A DNA stretch of 24,000 nt from an uncultured Candidatus Finniella sp. (GTDB lineage: Bacteria; Pseudomonadota; Alphaproteobacteria; Paracaedibacterales; CAITNM01), in assembly GCA_964446295.1 (NCBI GenBank), contig CAYUNR010000002.1, forward strand, positions 2,211 through 26,210. Direction: 5' to 3'. Positions 1-8,089 of this stretch are shown in pieces. Position 1 is the stretch's first letter, and each line of letters opens with the position of its first letter. Position numbers and translations under genes: made by a program. The notes beneath the pieces are model-generated. The model was not told the DNA's origin. It searched no databases and saw only the letters and a list, made by a program, of their open reading frames with translations.

Positions 1-311
1 AAGGTATCAATATTGCTGCACCAAAGGGTGTTCCCGTTAAGGCTATATCTGATGGTGTTGTTAAATATGCTGGTTCAAAGGCTGAGGGGTACGGCAATAT
101 GATTATGATTAAGCATGGAGACGGCAAAATTTCAACCTATGCACACCTTAACAGCATTGCTGTAAAACAAGATGCTGTTGTTTCAGCTGGGTCTAAAATT
201 GGAACAATAGGGTCAACAGGTAATGTTCCACAACCACAGCTGAATTTGCAAATTCGAGGAATTGATAAGCAACCAATTGACCCAGCGTCACTTATTGCTG
301 GATTAGGCTAG
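1..311 (+). CDS. LytM/M23 peptidase-family protein, C-terminal part (5' end outside window; codon phase starts at nt 3); apparently catalytically degenerate
   Basis: Translation from nt 3 reads GINIAAPKGVPVKAISDGVVKYAGSKAEGYGNMIMIKHGDGKISTYAHL...GSTGNVPQPQLNLQIRGIDKQPIDP. This is the M23 fold pattern (G-I-D-I-AAP.G.PV, GYGN, I.H, YAHL, GSTG), but the expected D is N and the PHLHFEIR motif reads PQLNLQIR. Confidence 0.8.
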   Translation, partial: GINIAAPKGVPVKAISDGVVKYAGSKAEGYGNMIMIKHGDGKISTYAHLNSIAVKQDAVVSAGSKIGTIGSTGNVPQPQLNLQIRGIDKQPIDPASLIAGLG

Positions 312-345
312 GAATAACAGGAGTCACTTTTAGTTAGGTAATTTA

Positions 346-1866
346 GTGCATTTAGGAAAAGCTATTGTAACAGTAGGAGGGTTAACCTCAGTAAGCCGAA
401 TTTTTGGTTTATTACGTGAAATGCTAATGAGCCATTTTCTAGGGGCGAGCGTTGTTGCAGATGCATTTATTGTAGCTTTCAAATTTCCTAATTTCTTTAG
501 GCGTTTTTTTGCAGAAGGTGCATTTAATGCGGCCTTTGTACCTGAATTTGCTGGCGTTCTTGCTAGCGAAGGCAAAGAAAAAGCAAATGAAATTGCTAAT
601 CAAGTTTTTAGCTGGCTAACCTTAGTTTTGTGCGCATTTGTTATTTTGGTTGTGCTATTTACCCCTACAATAATTTATTTAATAGCGCCGGGATTTTGCA
701 ATACTCCCGATAGGCTTCAATATGCAATTGAATTTACGCGCATAACTTTTCCATATATTTTGTTTATTTCTTTAGCTGCATTATTATCTGGAATTTTGAA
801 TTCGCTAGATCGTTTTGCTGCAGCTGCGGCAACTCCTGTTCTACTGAATCTTTTCATGATAGGGGCTTTGTTACTAACAGTTAAAGAGCCCGGATTTGCC
901 TTATGTGTTGGGGTTATTCTTGCTGGAATTGTACAGTTTTTGTGGTTGTATTTTGTGGCGCGCAAGCAAGGGTTCTGTTTACGACTACAAATGCCCGTTT
1001 TAAATTCTTCTGTTTCTAAAATTTTAAAGTTGATGGTGCCTGGTGCAATTGGTGCTGGAGTGATGCAAATCAATATTTTTGTTGATATGATGCTTGCTTC
1101 GACTTTACAGACAGGATCACTTTCTTATTTGTACTATGCAGATAGGCTTAATCAGTTGCCATTATCAATTTTTGGAGTAGCTATTGGGACAGCATTGCTG
1201 CCAAGTCTTTCAAAAGCACTGCGCACCGGCAATCAGGATGAGGCAATTAGTTTGCAGGAAAAAGCACTTTCGTTAGGGTTAAGATTGAGCATTCCGTCTG
1301 CAATTGGGCTAATTGTTTTATCCTATCCTATTATTGACCTAATATATGGCCACGGGAGCTTTTCTACGGTGCATGTTGATGCCACAGCGCCAGCTTTGGC
1401 AGCATTTGTGATTGGGTTACCCGCATATACTTTAAGTAAAGTTTTTACGACTGGGTTCTTTGCAAAGCAAAATACAAAAACCCCCTTAAAAATTGGCATG
1501 ATTACGGTTGGGGTGAATTTGGCTCTCAACCTATTGTTAATCGGACCATTTTTGCACGTGGGCATGGCATTGGCCACAGGCTTGGCTGCATGGGTACAGG
1601 CTGGGTTGCTAGCGTGGAAATTATCGCAAAAATCAATGATTCACTTAAGTAAAGTATTTTTCCACGATTTAGCTTATGTGCTTTTAGCAAGTTCCTGCAT
1701 GGGCGGGGTTGTTTATCAACTACAATTACAAGTGCGCTGCCCTAGTTCATTTATTAATGAAGCTATCTATGTTGTGGGGCTGGTTGGTATTGGCATTCTA
1801 ACCTATGGTGGAATTTATAAAGCTTGCCTGATGACAAAATGTCGATATAAAAAAAATGGGGCTTAG
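346..1866 (+). CDS. murJ: Lipid II flippase MurJ (MviN family)
   Basis: 506-aa polytopic membrane ORF with a GTG start. The N-terminus GGLTSVSRIFGLLREMLMSHFLGAS..ADAF.VAFKFPNFFRRFFAEGAFNAAFVP is the typical MurJ signature, and the length fits. Confidence 0.9.
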   Translation: MHLGKAIVTVGGLTSVSRIFGLLREMLMSHFLGASVVADAFIVAFKFPNFFRRFFAEGAFNAAFVPEFAGVLASEGKEKANEIANQVFSWLTLVLCAFVILVVLFTPTIIYLIAPGFCNTPDRLQYAIEFTRITFPYILFISLAALLSGILNSLDRFAAAAATPVLLNLFMIGALLLTVKEPGFALCVGVILAGIVQFLWLYFVARKQGFCLRLQMPVLNSSVSKILKLMVPGAIGAGVMQINIFVDMMLASTLQTGSLSYLYYADRLNQLPLSIFGVAIGTALLPSLSKALRTGNQDEAISLQEKALSLGLRLSIPSAIGLIVLSYPIIDLIYGHGSFSTVHVDATAPALAAFVIGLPAYTLSKVFTTGFFAKQNTKTPLKIGMITVGVNLALNLLLIGPFLHVGMALATGLAAWVQAGLLAWKLSQKSMIHLSKVFFHDLAYVLLASSCMGGVVYQLQLQVRCPSSFINEAIYVVGLVGIGILTYGGIYKACLMTKCRYKKNGA

Positions 1867-1905
1867 CTACTTTTCCGGGTGACTACCGTCTCGTTATTCC
1901 CCAAC

Positions 1906-1929
1906 AAAAAAGGCCGCTTTGCAGCGACC
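1906..1929 (-). terminator. Rho-independent terminator downstream of rplI
   Basis: The minus strand reads GGTCGCT-GCAA-AGCGGCC, a 7-bp stem with one G:U pair and a GNRA-like loop, followed directly by TTTTTT. It lies 29 nt after the rplI stop, in the convergent murJ/rplI gap. Confidence 0.7.
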
Positions 1930-1958
1930 TATTTATAATCTTAATTTAGCAATTGTAG

Positions 1959-2474
1959 TTAAGCAGCTGGAGCTTCTTCTGCATCAGCTTTTTTTGCTTT
2001 TAGCGCTGCTTCTTCTTCAGATTGAGCAATAATAAGGCTAATTGGTGCGCGCACTTCCGGGTGTAATGAAACAAAAACTGTGTGAACACCTAAATTCTTG
2101 ATTGGAGTTGTGATAATAATTTGTGATTTATCAACAGTGAAACCACCTTTTGTTAAGCCTTCAGAAATATCACGACTGCGAACTGATCCATATAATTGAC
2201 CAACTTCACTTGCTTGGCGAATGATAATAATTTGCGTGCCTTCCATTGACTTCGCTACATATTCAGCATCTTGACGTTGCTTAAGGTTTGTAGCTTCCAG
2301 TTGAGCTTTTTTCACTTCAAACTGAGCCATATTTTCTTTTGTAGCACGTTGTGCTTTTTTATTTGGTAACAAATAGTTACGTGCATAACCAGGAGCTACG
2401 GCAACAATTTGCCCCATTTGCCCTAATTTTTCGACGCGTTCCATTAGAATTACTTGCATTTTACGCTTCAACAT
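1959..2474 (-). CDS. rplI: 50S ribosomal protein L9
   Basis: MQVILMERVEKLGQMGQIVAVAPGYARNYLLPNKKA is the canonical L9 N-terminus. An AGGAG lies 8 nt upstream of the ATG at 2474. An alternative ATG at 2459 gives the canonical MQVIL start but has no RBS. Confidence 0.9.
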   Translation of the reverse strand: MLKRKMQVILMERVEKLGQMGQIVAVAPGYARNYLLPNKKAQRATKENMAQFEVKKAQLEATNLKQRQDAEYVAKSMEGTQIIIIRQASEVGQLYGSVRSRDISEGLTKGGFTVDKSQIIITTPIKNLGVHTVFVSLHPEVRAPISLIIAQSEEEAALKAKKADAEEAPAA

Positions 2475-2485
2475 GGTTTGAGCTC

Positions 2486-3397
2486 CTAATTAAATTTTGA
2501 GTAATACTTCTTCTTAAGGCCATATAATGGCTCTACAAGCCCTAACACTACTACAAAAATCATTGGCCAGACAAGTAAAAATGTTAGCACTATGAAAATT
2601 ACTGTTGCGTAGCGTGGAAGTTGATATGATCGTGCCATAAATTGAGCAATTTCAAGGCCGTCAATAAACAAAGGAAAGGCGCAAATGCACACGGCTGCGT
2701 GGCTAAACACACCAAGTAGTGGTGAATCAATAAATAGATGATTCGCAATGATTAGCCATAGGGATGTAACCAGGGCAATATCCCACACAGGTGGCAAAAA
2801 TATATTTTGTTTAATGGTTGGTTTGCGAATAGATTTATTTGATTTTAATGCCAATGAATATGCCATTTGAAAATTCATCCAGATGATTAGAAGCGTAAAA
2901 AAAGCAAGCATTCCTGGGAGAATCTCTAGGAATGAATCAGCAGACATAGGTATTTTCATGAGTTTAAAAATTTCTTTAATTTGTTTGGTTTGCTGGTCAA
3001 GCATATCACTGTTGGTTAATTTTAAATAACTGAACCCAACAGCAGTTAAGGCTAAAAACCTACTTGATAGAAGGTGCAAAATATCTGTTGGTGAAAATTT
3101 GTATGCGTTTTTGTTTTTTAAAAAATGCCAATATAAAACTGTTATTGATGGGGCAAATAGAGTGATGCCAAAAACACCTATGCCTACTGGGCCCAGTAAA
3201 ATAAGGTAGCCCAGCAAAGGGATACTGATTGCTAATAAATAGCTTCTAATTCCCAAGCAGATTCCAACATAAAAAATGGGCATTAGAGCAAAGTAATGAA
3301 ATATTATCCCTGGAACAGGAATAAATAGCGCCATAAAAGAAAGGGCAGCACACAAAGCGCCGCCCTTAATAATAAGTGGTATGTCGTCTTTAGCCAT
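2486..3397 (-). CDS. Polytopic inner-membrane protein of unknown function (recalled as DUF2232/YybS-like), embedded in the r-protein operon
   Basis: 303-aa ORF with many hydrophobic segments. Its ATG overlaps the rpsR stop (ATGGCTAA, 8-nt overlap). From memory, the position between rpsR and rplI matches many alphaproteobacteria. Confidence 0.6.
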   Translation of the reverse strand: MAKDDIPLIIKGGALCAALSFMALFIPVPGIIFHYFALMPIFYVGICLGIRSYLLAISIPLLGYLILLGPVGIGVFGITLFAPSITVLYWHFLKNKNAYKFSPTDILHLLSSRFLALTAVGFSYLKLTNSDMLDQQTKQIKEIFKLMKIPMSADSFLEILPGMLAFFTLLIIWMNFQMAYSLALKSNKSIRKPTIKQNIFLPPVWDIALVTSLWLIIANHLFIDSPLLGVFSHAAVCICAFPLFIDGLEIAQFMARSYQLPRYATVIFIVLTFLLVWPMIFVVVLGLVEPLYGLKKKYYSKFN

Positions 3398-3656
3398 TTA
3401 CGTATGGCATTAGTGCCAAGAAACGTGCACGACGAACAGCAACAGCAAGCAAACGTTGTTTCTTTATTGAAACTGCAGTTATTCTGCTTGGCATCATTTT
3501 ACCGCGTTCTGATACAAATTTCACAAGGATACGAGTATCTTTGTAATCAATTTTCATGGCATTTTGGCCTGTGAATGGGCAACTTTTACGGCGACGAAAG
3601 AATTGCTTACGTACACTTGGCTTTAGATTTTCGCCTTCTTCAATATAATCTGACAT
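3390..3656 (-). CDS. rpsR: 30S ribosomal protein S18
   Basis: [10 protein letters not shown]...[65 protein letters not shown] is typical S18. The start is set at the ATG at 3656, which has AAGGA 5 nt upstream. The longer ORF reaching 3761 overlaps rpsF and was rejected. Confidence 0.9.
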   Translation of the reverse strand: MSDYIEEGENLKPSVRKQFFRRRKSCPFTGQNAMKIDYKDTRILVKFVSERGKMMPSRITAVSIKKQRLLAVAVRRARFLALMPYVNG

Positions 3657-3666
3657 TTTGAATCCT

Positions 3667-4083
3667 TTACGCTGTTGCTTCTGTTGTTGCTTCTTCCGAT
3701 ACTGTCTCTGCGACAACTTCTGGGCGAACTTCTTCACGAACAACATCTTCACGGAAACCACGGTTTTGCATTAAAGCAGAAGGTGCATTGTCCAGTTCAT
3801 CAACGCGTACACTTAAATAACGTAGCACATCTTCGTTGATCTTCATTTGACGTTCCATTTCTTTAATTCCATCTGCCTTTACAGCGATGTTCATTAGAAC
3901 GTAATGACCCTTGCGATTTTTTTTGATTTTGTAGGCTAAATTACGAAGGCCACAAAATTCTGTTTTTGTCACTTCTCCGTCAAATTCTTTAATGACGTTT
4001 GTATATTGCTTTGCCAATGCTTCTACCTGGTTAGCGGTAATGTCTTGGCGTGCAATGAAAATTGTTTCATAGAAACGCTGCAT
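3667..4083 (-). CDS. rpsF: 30S ribosomal protein S6 (with acidic C-terminal tail)
   Basis: [27 protein letters not shown]...[31 protein letters not shown] is typical S6. An AAGGAG RBS lies upstream, and the gene order rpsF-rpsR fits. Confidence 0.9.
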   Translation of the reverse strand: MQRFYETIFIARQDITANQVEALAKQYTNVIKEFDGEVTKTEFCGLRNLAYKIKKNRKGHYVLMNIAVKADGIKEMERQMKINEDVLRYLSVRVDELDNAPSALMQNRGFREDVVREEVRPEVVAETVSEEATTEATA

Positions 4084-4172
4084 ATTAAAATTTCTCCTTA
4101 TGGATGGGTACTTAAAACAAGCACCAGCTGCCTAAACGCTTTAGGAAGCAAGGACCTTACTTGTAGCTTACA

Positions 4173-4201
4173 TTTATAGTAAGAAAAAGGCTAAAAGGCA
4201 A
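4173..4201 (-). promoter_or_regulatory. Candidate sigma-70 promoter of the rpsF operon
   Basis: The minus strand reads TTGCCT-N17-TATAAA, about 90 nt upstream of the rpsF ATG. Confidence 0.5.
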
Positions 4202-4243
4202 GAGGAAATTCAACATGTTCTTCTGCTTGATAGGAGCTGGATG

Positions 4244-4651
4244 TTACTTCAAGCTGATAGCAATTCTGTTGAGTGCATTCATTAAAGCTATGCATAATGC
4301 CAAATCAACAATCTCTCTGTCGCTGAAATAAGAAGATAATTCTTGTTTGATGGAATTATGGTTGGCATCTAAGCTGGTAATTGCTTCTGCCCAACTAAAT
4401 GCTAATTTTTCTGCTTTGGAAAAACAAACTGAGATTGTCCAATTGCGAATTTCCTCAATTTTTTTTGTACTAATTTCTAGTTTTGTTGCTTCGTTAGTAT
4501 GTAACGAACAACAATAGGCGCATCCATTAGTTTGAGATATAAGCAGTTCCACTAGAATACGCAATTCTTGATTCAAAGGAGAATTTTTCAAATGACCGTA
4601 GCTTTTATAGAGATTAGCTACCACATCTTTTGATATTTCTTCATAATTCAT
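4244..4651 (-). CDS. AhpD-like / carboxymuconolactone decarboxylase family protein
   Basis: 135-aa ORF containing GCAYCCSLH, the C-x-x-C-x-x-x-H motif characteristic of the AhpD core domain. The size fits the family. Confidence 0.65.
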   Translation of the reverse strand: MNYEEISKDVVANLYKSYGHLKNSPLNQELRILVELLISQTNGCAYCCSLHTNEATKLEISTKKIEEIRNWTISVCFSKAEKLAFSWAEAITSLDANHNSIKQELSSYFSDREIVDLALCIALMNALNRIAISLK

Positions 4652-4665
4652 GGTTAAATTACTGC

Positions 4666-5946
4666 TTATTCTTTTGCTTTAATGTGATGATGAGGTGCAG
4701 GGCTATACATCTTTGCATTACGACGATAGAACCTAGAAATGGCAGTAAATATAATAGCGTACACAGAAATAATGATGGCTGCCATATACATGTTTTCTGT
4801 ATAACCAGTCATAAATGTATAGACTGAAGGCATTAGCCCGCCAGATATAGCAATACCAATAGAGAAACTAACAGCAACACCTGTATAACGAGTTTCAGCA
4901 GGGAATAACACTTGCATAAATGCATGGCTTAAGCCGACAAAGCTTCCTACATATAGTCCAACTCCGTATTGTCCTAATCCGACTAAGAATAAATCTTTTG
5001 TTTGCAGCAGGTAGAAGCTTAAATAAGAAAGCGTGCAGCACATAAAACATGATAGATAAACAGACCTACGCATGGTGATTTTGTCACTTAACCAACCAAA
5101 AAATACGCACCCTGATGTGTACCCTAGTAAACCAAAGGTATTTAAAAATACGGCTGTGGACATTTCAAAACCTTGGAACTTTGTCATGTATATGTTCATG
5201 AATCCAAACACTGTATAGGTAAGTGAACCTTTGAAAATTCCAACGACAATGTTCATTAAAAATGCACTTTTGTGATTTTGAAAAATAGTTTTCATTGGTT
5301 GCTTTTGTTCTTTTTTCTTTTCCTTAATTTGAATAAAAGCATCTGTTTCTTTAGCATTCTTTCGCAACACAAAAGCCATGAAGCTTACTAAAGAGCCAAT
5401 AAAAAATGGAATTCTCCATGCCCAATCTGGCATTCCAGGACGTAACATTAATGAACCTGCAAAGCTAGCAAACACAGCTCCCACCATGCATGAACCTGCA
5501 ATAATACCGCTGATTAAGCCCATTTGCTTAGCTTGCCCATGTTCAATTGCAAAAATCGCGGCTCCATTATATTCACCGCCAGTTGAAAGTCCTTGAACCA
5601 TGCGACAAAATACTAAAATAATTGGCGCTGCAATTCCTAACGTTTCGTATCCAGGAAGTAGAGATATCACTAATGTGGGGAAACCCATTAACATGACAGA
5701 ATAGGTTAGTGCAACCTTGCGCCCAAAGGTGTCACCAATTAAACCAAAAGCATAAGCACCAAGAGGACGCGTGAAAAATGCAGCAGAAAAAGCAAAAATA
5801 CTGGCAAAAAGCGCTATGGTCGGCGACGTGCTCGGGAAAAAAACTTCAGAAATTTTAGCAATAAAGACGCCACAAATAACAAAATCATAAAACTCTAGCG
5901 CATTTCCTAGGGCGCTGGTTCCAATCATTTTCCAAGACTTTTTCAT
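4666..5946 (-). CDS. MFS transporter, metabolite:H+ symporter (ProP-like) family
   Basis: 426-aa ORF with about 12 hydrophobic segments. The N-terminus LGNALEFYDFVICGVFIAKISEVFFP matches the MHS/ProP family signature (GN.lEWYDF...FFP). Confidence 0.8.
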   Translation of the reverse strand: MKKSWKMIGTSALGNALEFYDFVICGVFIAKISEVFFPSTSPTIALFASIFAFSAAFFTRPLGAYAFGLIGDTFGRKVALTYSVMLMGFPTLVISLLPGYETLGIAAPIILVFCRMVQGLSTGGEYNGAAIFAIEHGQAKQMGLISGIIAGSCMVGAVFASFAGSLMLRPGMPDWAWRIPFFIGSLVSFMAFVLRKNAKETDAFIQIKEKKKEQKQPMKTIFQNHKSAFLMNIVVGIFKGSLTYTVFGFMNIYMTKFQGFEMSTAVFLNTFGLLGYTSGCVFFGWLSDKITMRRSVYLSCFMCCTLSYLSFYLLQTKDLFLVGLGQYGVGLYVGSFVGLSHAFMQVLFPAETRYTGVAVSFSIGIAISGGLMPSVYTFMTGYTENMYMAAIIISVYAIIFTAISRFYRRNAKMYSPAPHHHIKAKE

Positions 5947-6012
5947 TTAAAACCATAAGAACTATTTAGGCCTATCATTTTCTTCAATTTTACAAGAAAT
6001 GCAAGCACTTTA

Positions 6013-6348
6013 TTATTGTAGCTTCATCCCATTGGGTATTTTGGGGTCAGATGTGACAAGGCAGATAGCGCCTTTTTCATCTGCAAAGCCAAGAAGTAAA
6101 AATTGTGAGATGAAGCCCGCAATATTTTTTTCGCCTAAATTGATGCAGCCTATAATAGAGCGACCAATAAGAGATTCGGGGGTGTAATGCACCGTGATTT
6201 GAGCAGAAGTTTGCAATATTCCAATTTCAGAACCAAAGTCCACCCATACTTTAAAAGCAGGTTTGCGAGCTTTAGAAAATTCTTCAGCCTTCACAATAGT
6301 ACCGCTGCGTATGTTAACTTGTTCGAATTCTTCCCAAGTGATTGTCAT
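6013..6348 (-). CDS. csaA: tRNA-binding domain protein CsaA
   Basis: The 111-aa product MTITWEEFEQVNIRSGTIVKAEEFSKARKPAFKVWVDFGSEIGILQTSAQIT..Y.PE.LIG...NIAGF.S..LLLG...PNG closely parallels Bacillus CsaA as I remember it. Confidence 0.85.
   Translation of the reverse strand: MTITWEEFEQVNIRSGTIVKAEEFSKARKPAFKVWVDFGSEIGILQTSAQITVHYTPESLIGRSIIGCINLGEKNIAGFISQFLLLGFADEKGAICLVTSDPKIPNGMKLQ
6313..6348. repeat. Direct repeat copy A (start of intact csaA)
   Basis: gttaacttgttcgaattcttcccaagtgattgtcat matches 8032..8067 at 32 of 36 positions in the same orientation. Confidence 0.85.
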
Positions 6349-6350
6349 GA

Positions 6351-6983
6351 TTATTCCTTATTTTCTTCAAAAGAATTTTGTCTGCTTTTATAAATTGCCA
6401 GCCAGACTGTATGACCATGACAGTCTTTGTCTTTTATTTTATGAGCAACCAACTCAAAATGATGCTGATTAAGCAATTTCTTATATTCATCAGGAGATAG
6501 TGATGCGTGATATAAACTTTCTCCACCATTATCACTATAAATTTCCCCAGCATTAGATCCTGAAGTAAATAGCAATATACTGCGTTCGTTCAGATGTTGT
6601 TTAAAGGTTTTAAACATTTCTCTTTGATCATCTTGAGACAAATGAAAAAGGCTATCCCAAGCAATGATGCAATCAAATTTTTCACCTAATTCAATGTTTC
6701 TCATATCCTTAACAATAAATATGCTTTCTGGAAAACGAGACTTTGCAAGATCAATTTGCTTTTGACTTCCATCAATGCCGGTGATTAAAAAGCCATTATC
6801 AATAAAATATTTTGTAATGGGTTCACCCATGCCACATCCTAGATCAAGAACTTTTGCGCCTGGTTTAAGATAAGATATTGCTATATCTAGGTATGATTTT
6901 TCGAACAAATCACGTGATCGATGTTTGTCGTACCATTCTGCTATTTTCTCATAAGATTCGTAGACTTTGTTCCTGATTGTCAT
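6351..6983 (-). CDS. Class I SAM-dependent methyltransferase
   Basis: Motif I VLDLGCGMGEP, followed by ITGIDGS, and a post-I/II/III pattern (CIIAWDSLFHL, ILLFTSG). It ends 2 nt before the csaA start. Its ATG overlaps the GNAT stop (ATGA). Confidence 0.8.
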   Translation of the reverse strand: MTIRNKVYESYEKIAEWYDKHRSRDLFEKSYLDIAISYLKPGAKVLDLGCGMGEPITKYFIDNGFLITGIDGSQKQIDLAKSRFPESIFIVKDMRNIELGEKFDCIIAWDSLFHLSQDDQREMFKTFKQHLNERSILLFTSGSNAGEIYSDNGGESLYHASLSPDEYKKLLNQHHFELVAHKIKDKDCHGHTVWLAIYKSRQNSFEENKE

Positions 6984-7525
6984 GATCGTTCTTGCTTATG
7001 GTTGCAGTTTGAAGTGCTGCCAAATTTTAATTGCTTAGTAAACCACAGGACTAAATCATCATTAACTAATGCATTGGTGCCAGGTACAACAGGTTTGTAA
7101 TTATAAGTGATACCATGTCCATCAGGAATATATCCATTTTTTACATAGAGCCTTTGAGCGCTACCATAATCCGCATACAAGCCAACACCAATGCCAACAA
7201 TACGACTTTTTTCAAAAGCTGCATTTTCTGCGGTTTTGAGTAATGCTGCGCCTATTCCTTGTTTTTGATAAGGTGGCAGTACATTAAGATCCATAATTTC
7301 TGGGATATTTTGACATAGAAATGGTTCGTAGTGTGATTGCCATTTCAAAGTAACATATCCTGCGAAATTATCATTATAACAACCAACCCAAATAATTCGT
7401 TCCTTAGCTTGTTGTTGATCAAGGTATGTTTGAAAAGTTGATATAGGTTTTGGCCAATTATGTTGAGCAAATTGTGAGGCAATAGAGGAGATATCATTTT
7501 TTTTAAGGAATCTAATGCTAATCAT
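6980..7525 (-). CDS. GNAT-family N-acetyltransferase
   Basis: Acetyl-CoA binding motif A YQKQGIGAALLKTAENAA within a GNAT-sized 181-aa protein. It has 4-nt ATGA overlaps with both neighbours. Confidence 0.8.
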   Translation of the reverse strand: MISIRFLKKNDISSIASQFAQHNWPKPISTFQTYLDQQQAKERIIWVGCYNDNFAGYVTLKWQSHYEPFLCQNIPEIMDLNVLPPYQKQGIGAALLKTAENAAFEKSRIVGIGVGLYADYGSAQRLYVKNGYIPDGHGITYNYKPVVPGTNALVNDDLVLWFTKQLKFGSTSNCNHKQERS

Positions 7526-7980
7526 ACTAATCCTTTCACTCTTTCCAAATACTTATCACAAGCAATTTGATAACTTTCTTTAATCAGTTTTTCAAGTGTA
7601 TCAAATGAGTGATTTGAAGGATTTACAATTGAAACCCAAGCCATCCAGCCATAAACGGGATGAGGGGTTAGCGTGTCTAATTTTTGAAAATCGTATGGAC
7701 CTTCAATTGAATGACCTTTCGCAGGACGCTTTGGCAGTGTTGAAAAATGCTGCAAAAATGTTTTTTTAGAAATGCCAAAATTTATTCTGAAAATGTTTTC
7801 TCTATCTAGGGCGGAGGCTTTGTCGTTGTCTCCGTCTTTTTCTTTTAAAGTTAAAAAATAGACGCCTCTTTTTAACAAGTTATTGGGGTTGTAAAAGAAG
7901 CTTTTCTCACCCCATGCATTTACCACATTAAGTCCTGGGAAATTAGCGACAACAAAATCTGAAATATCATTGCAGGTCAC
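7522..7980 (-). CDS. Conserved protein of unknown function (recalled as DUF6194-like)
   Basis: 152-aa ORF with a GTG start. The C-terminal block DFQKLDTLTPHPVYGWMAWVSIVNPS resembles the PHPVYG...W..V.NP block I associate with DUF6194. This is memory only. Confidence 0.5.
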   Translation of the reverse strand: MTCNDISDFVVANFPGLNVVNAWGEKSFFYNPNNLLKRGVYFLTLKEKDGDNDKASALDRENIFRINFGISKKTFLQHFSTLPKRPAKGHSIEGPYDFQKLDTLTPHPVYGWMAWVSIVNPSNHSFDTLEKLIKESYQIACDKYLERVKGLV

Positions 7981-8016
7981 TATGGTGCCTTTAGTTCCAT
8001 TATTGCTGCCCTAATT

Positions 8017-8067
8017 CTATCGCATGTTTTCGTTAACTTTTGCAAATTCTTCCCAGGTGATTGTCAT
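8017..8067 (-). pseudogene. Remnant of a csaA 5' end (16 codons then TAG)
   Basis: The minus strand reads ATG ACA ATC ACC TGG GAA GAA TTT GCA AAA GTT AAC GAA AAC ATG CGA TAG, giving MTITWEEFAKVNENMR*. The first 12 residues match csaA (MTITWEEFEQVN) at 10/12, and the DNA matches 32/36. Confidence 0.55.
8032..8067. repeat. Direct repeat copy B (csaA start remnant)
   Basis: gttaacttttgcaaattcttcccaggtgattgtcat matches 6313..6348 at 32 of 36 positions in the same orientation. Confidence 0.85.
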
Positions 8068-8089
8068 TTATGTTCTGTCTCTAGATTTC

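Noticed and set aside
2457-2459. Alternative rplI start that gives the canonical MQVIL N-terminus.
   Set aside because: No Shine-Dalgarno precedes it, whereas the ATG at 2474 has AGGAG at 8-nt spacing. I kept 2474, but the 5-residue difference is unresolved.
3667-3720. Short repetitive tgttgcttc-like tract at the 3' end of rpsF.
   Set aside because: It simply encodes the acidic/Thr-Ala-rich S6 tail (EEATTEATA). It is too short and imperfect to count as a tandem repeat.
3657-3761. N-terminal extension of rpsR ([32 protein letters not shown]...) in the ORF track.
   Set aside because: It overlaps the 3' end of rpsF in another frame. The ATG at 3656 has a good AAGGA RBS and yields a normal-length S18, so the extension is a frame artefact.
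4213-4220. 8-nt palindrome AACATGTT just downstream of the AhpD-like gene.
   Set aside because: It is too short, has no flanking stem extension or T tract, and is expected by chance in AT-rich sequence.
6980-7980. Reading the DUF6194-like/GNAT pair as a TacT/AtaT-type GNAT toxin-antitoxin module acting on aminoacyl-tRNA, given the linked tRNA-binding CsaA.
   Set aside because: The upstream protein shows no RHH/DUF1778 antitoxin features. The GNAT sequence does not resemble TacT/AtaT as I recall them. A four-gene coupled operon is not typical TA architecture. It remains only a remote possibility under the operon finding.
6351-8067. Annotating the repeat-bracketed cassette as a mobile element or genomic island.
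   Set aside because: It has no integrase, transposase, recombinase, inverted terminal repeats or flanking tRNA. Only the imperfect direct repeat is present, so I report it as a recombination scar.
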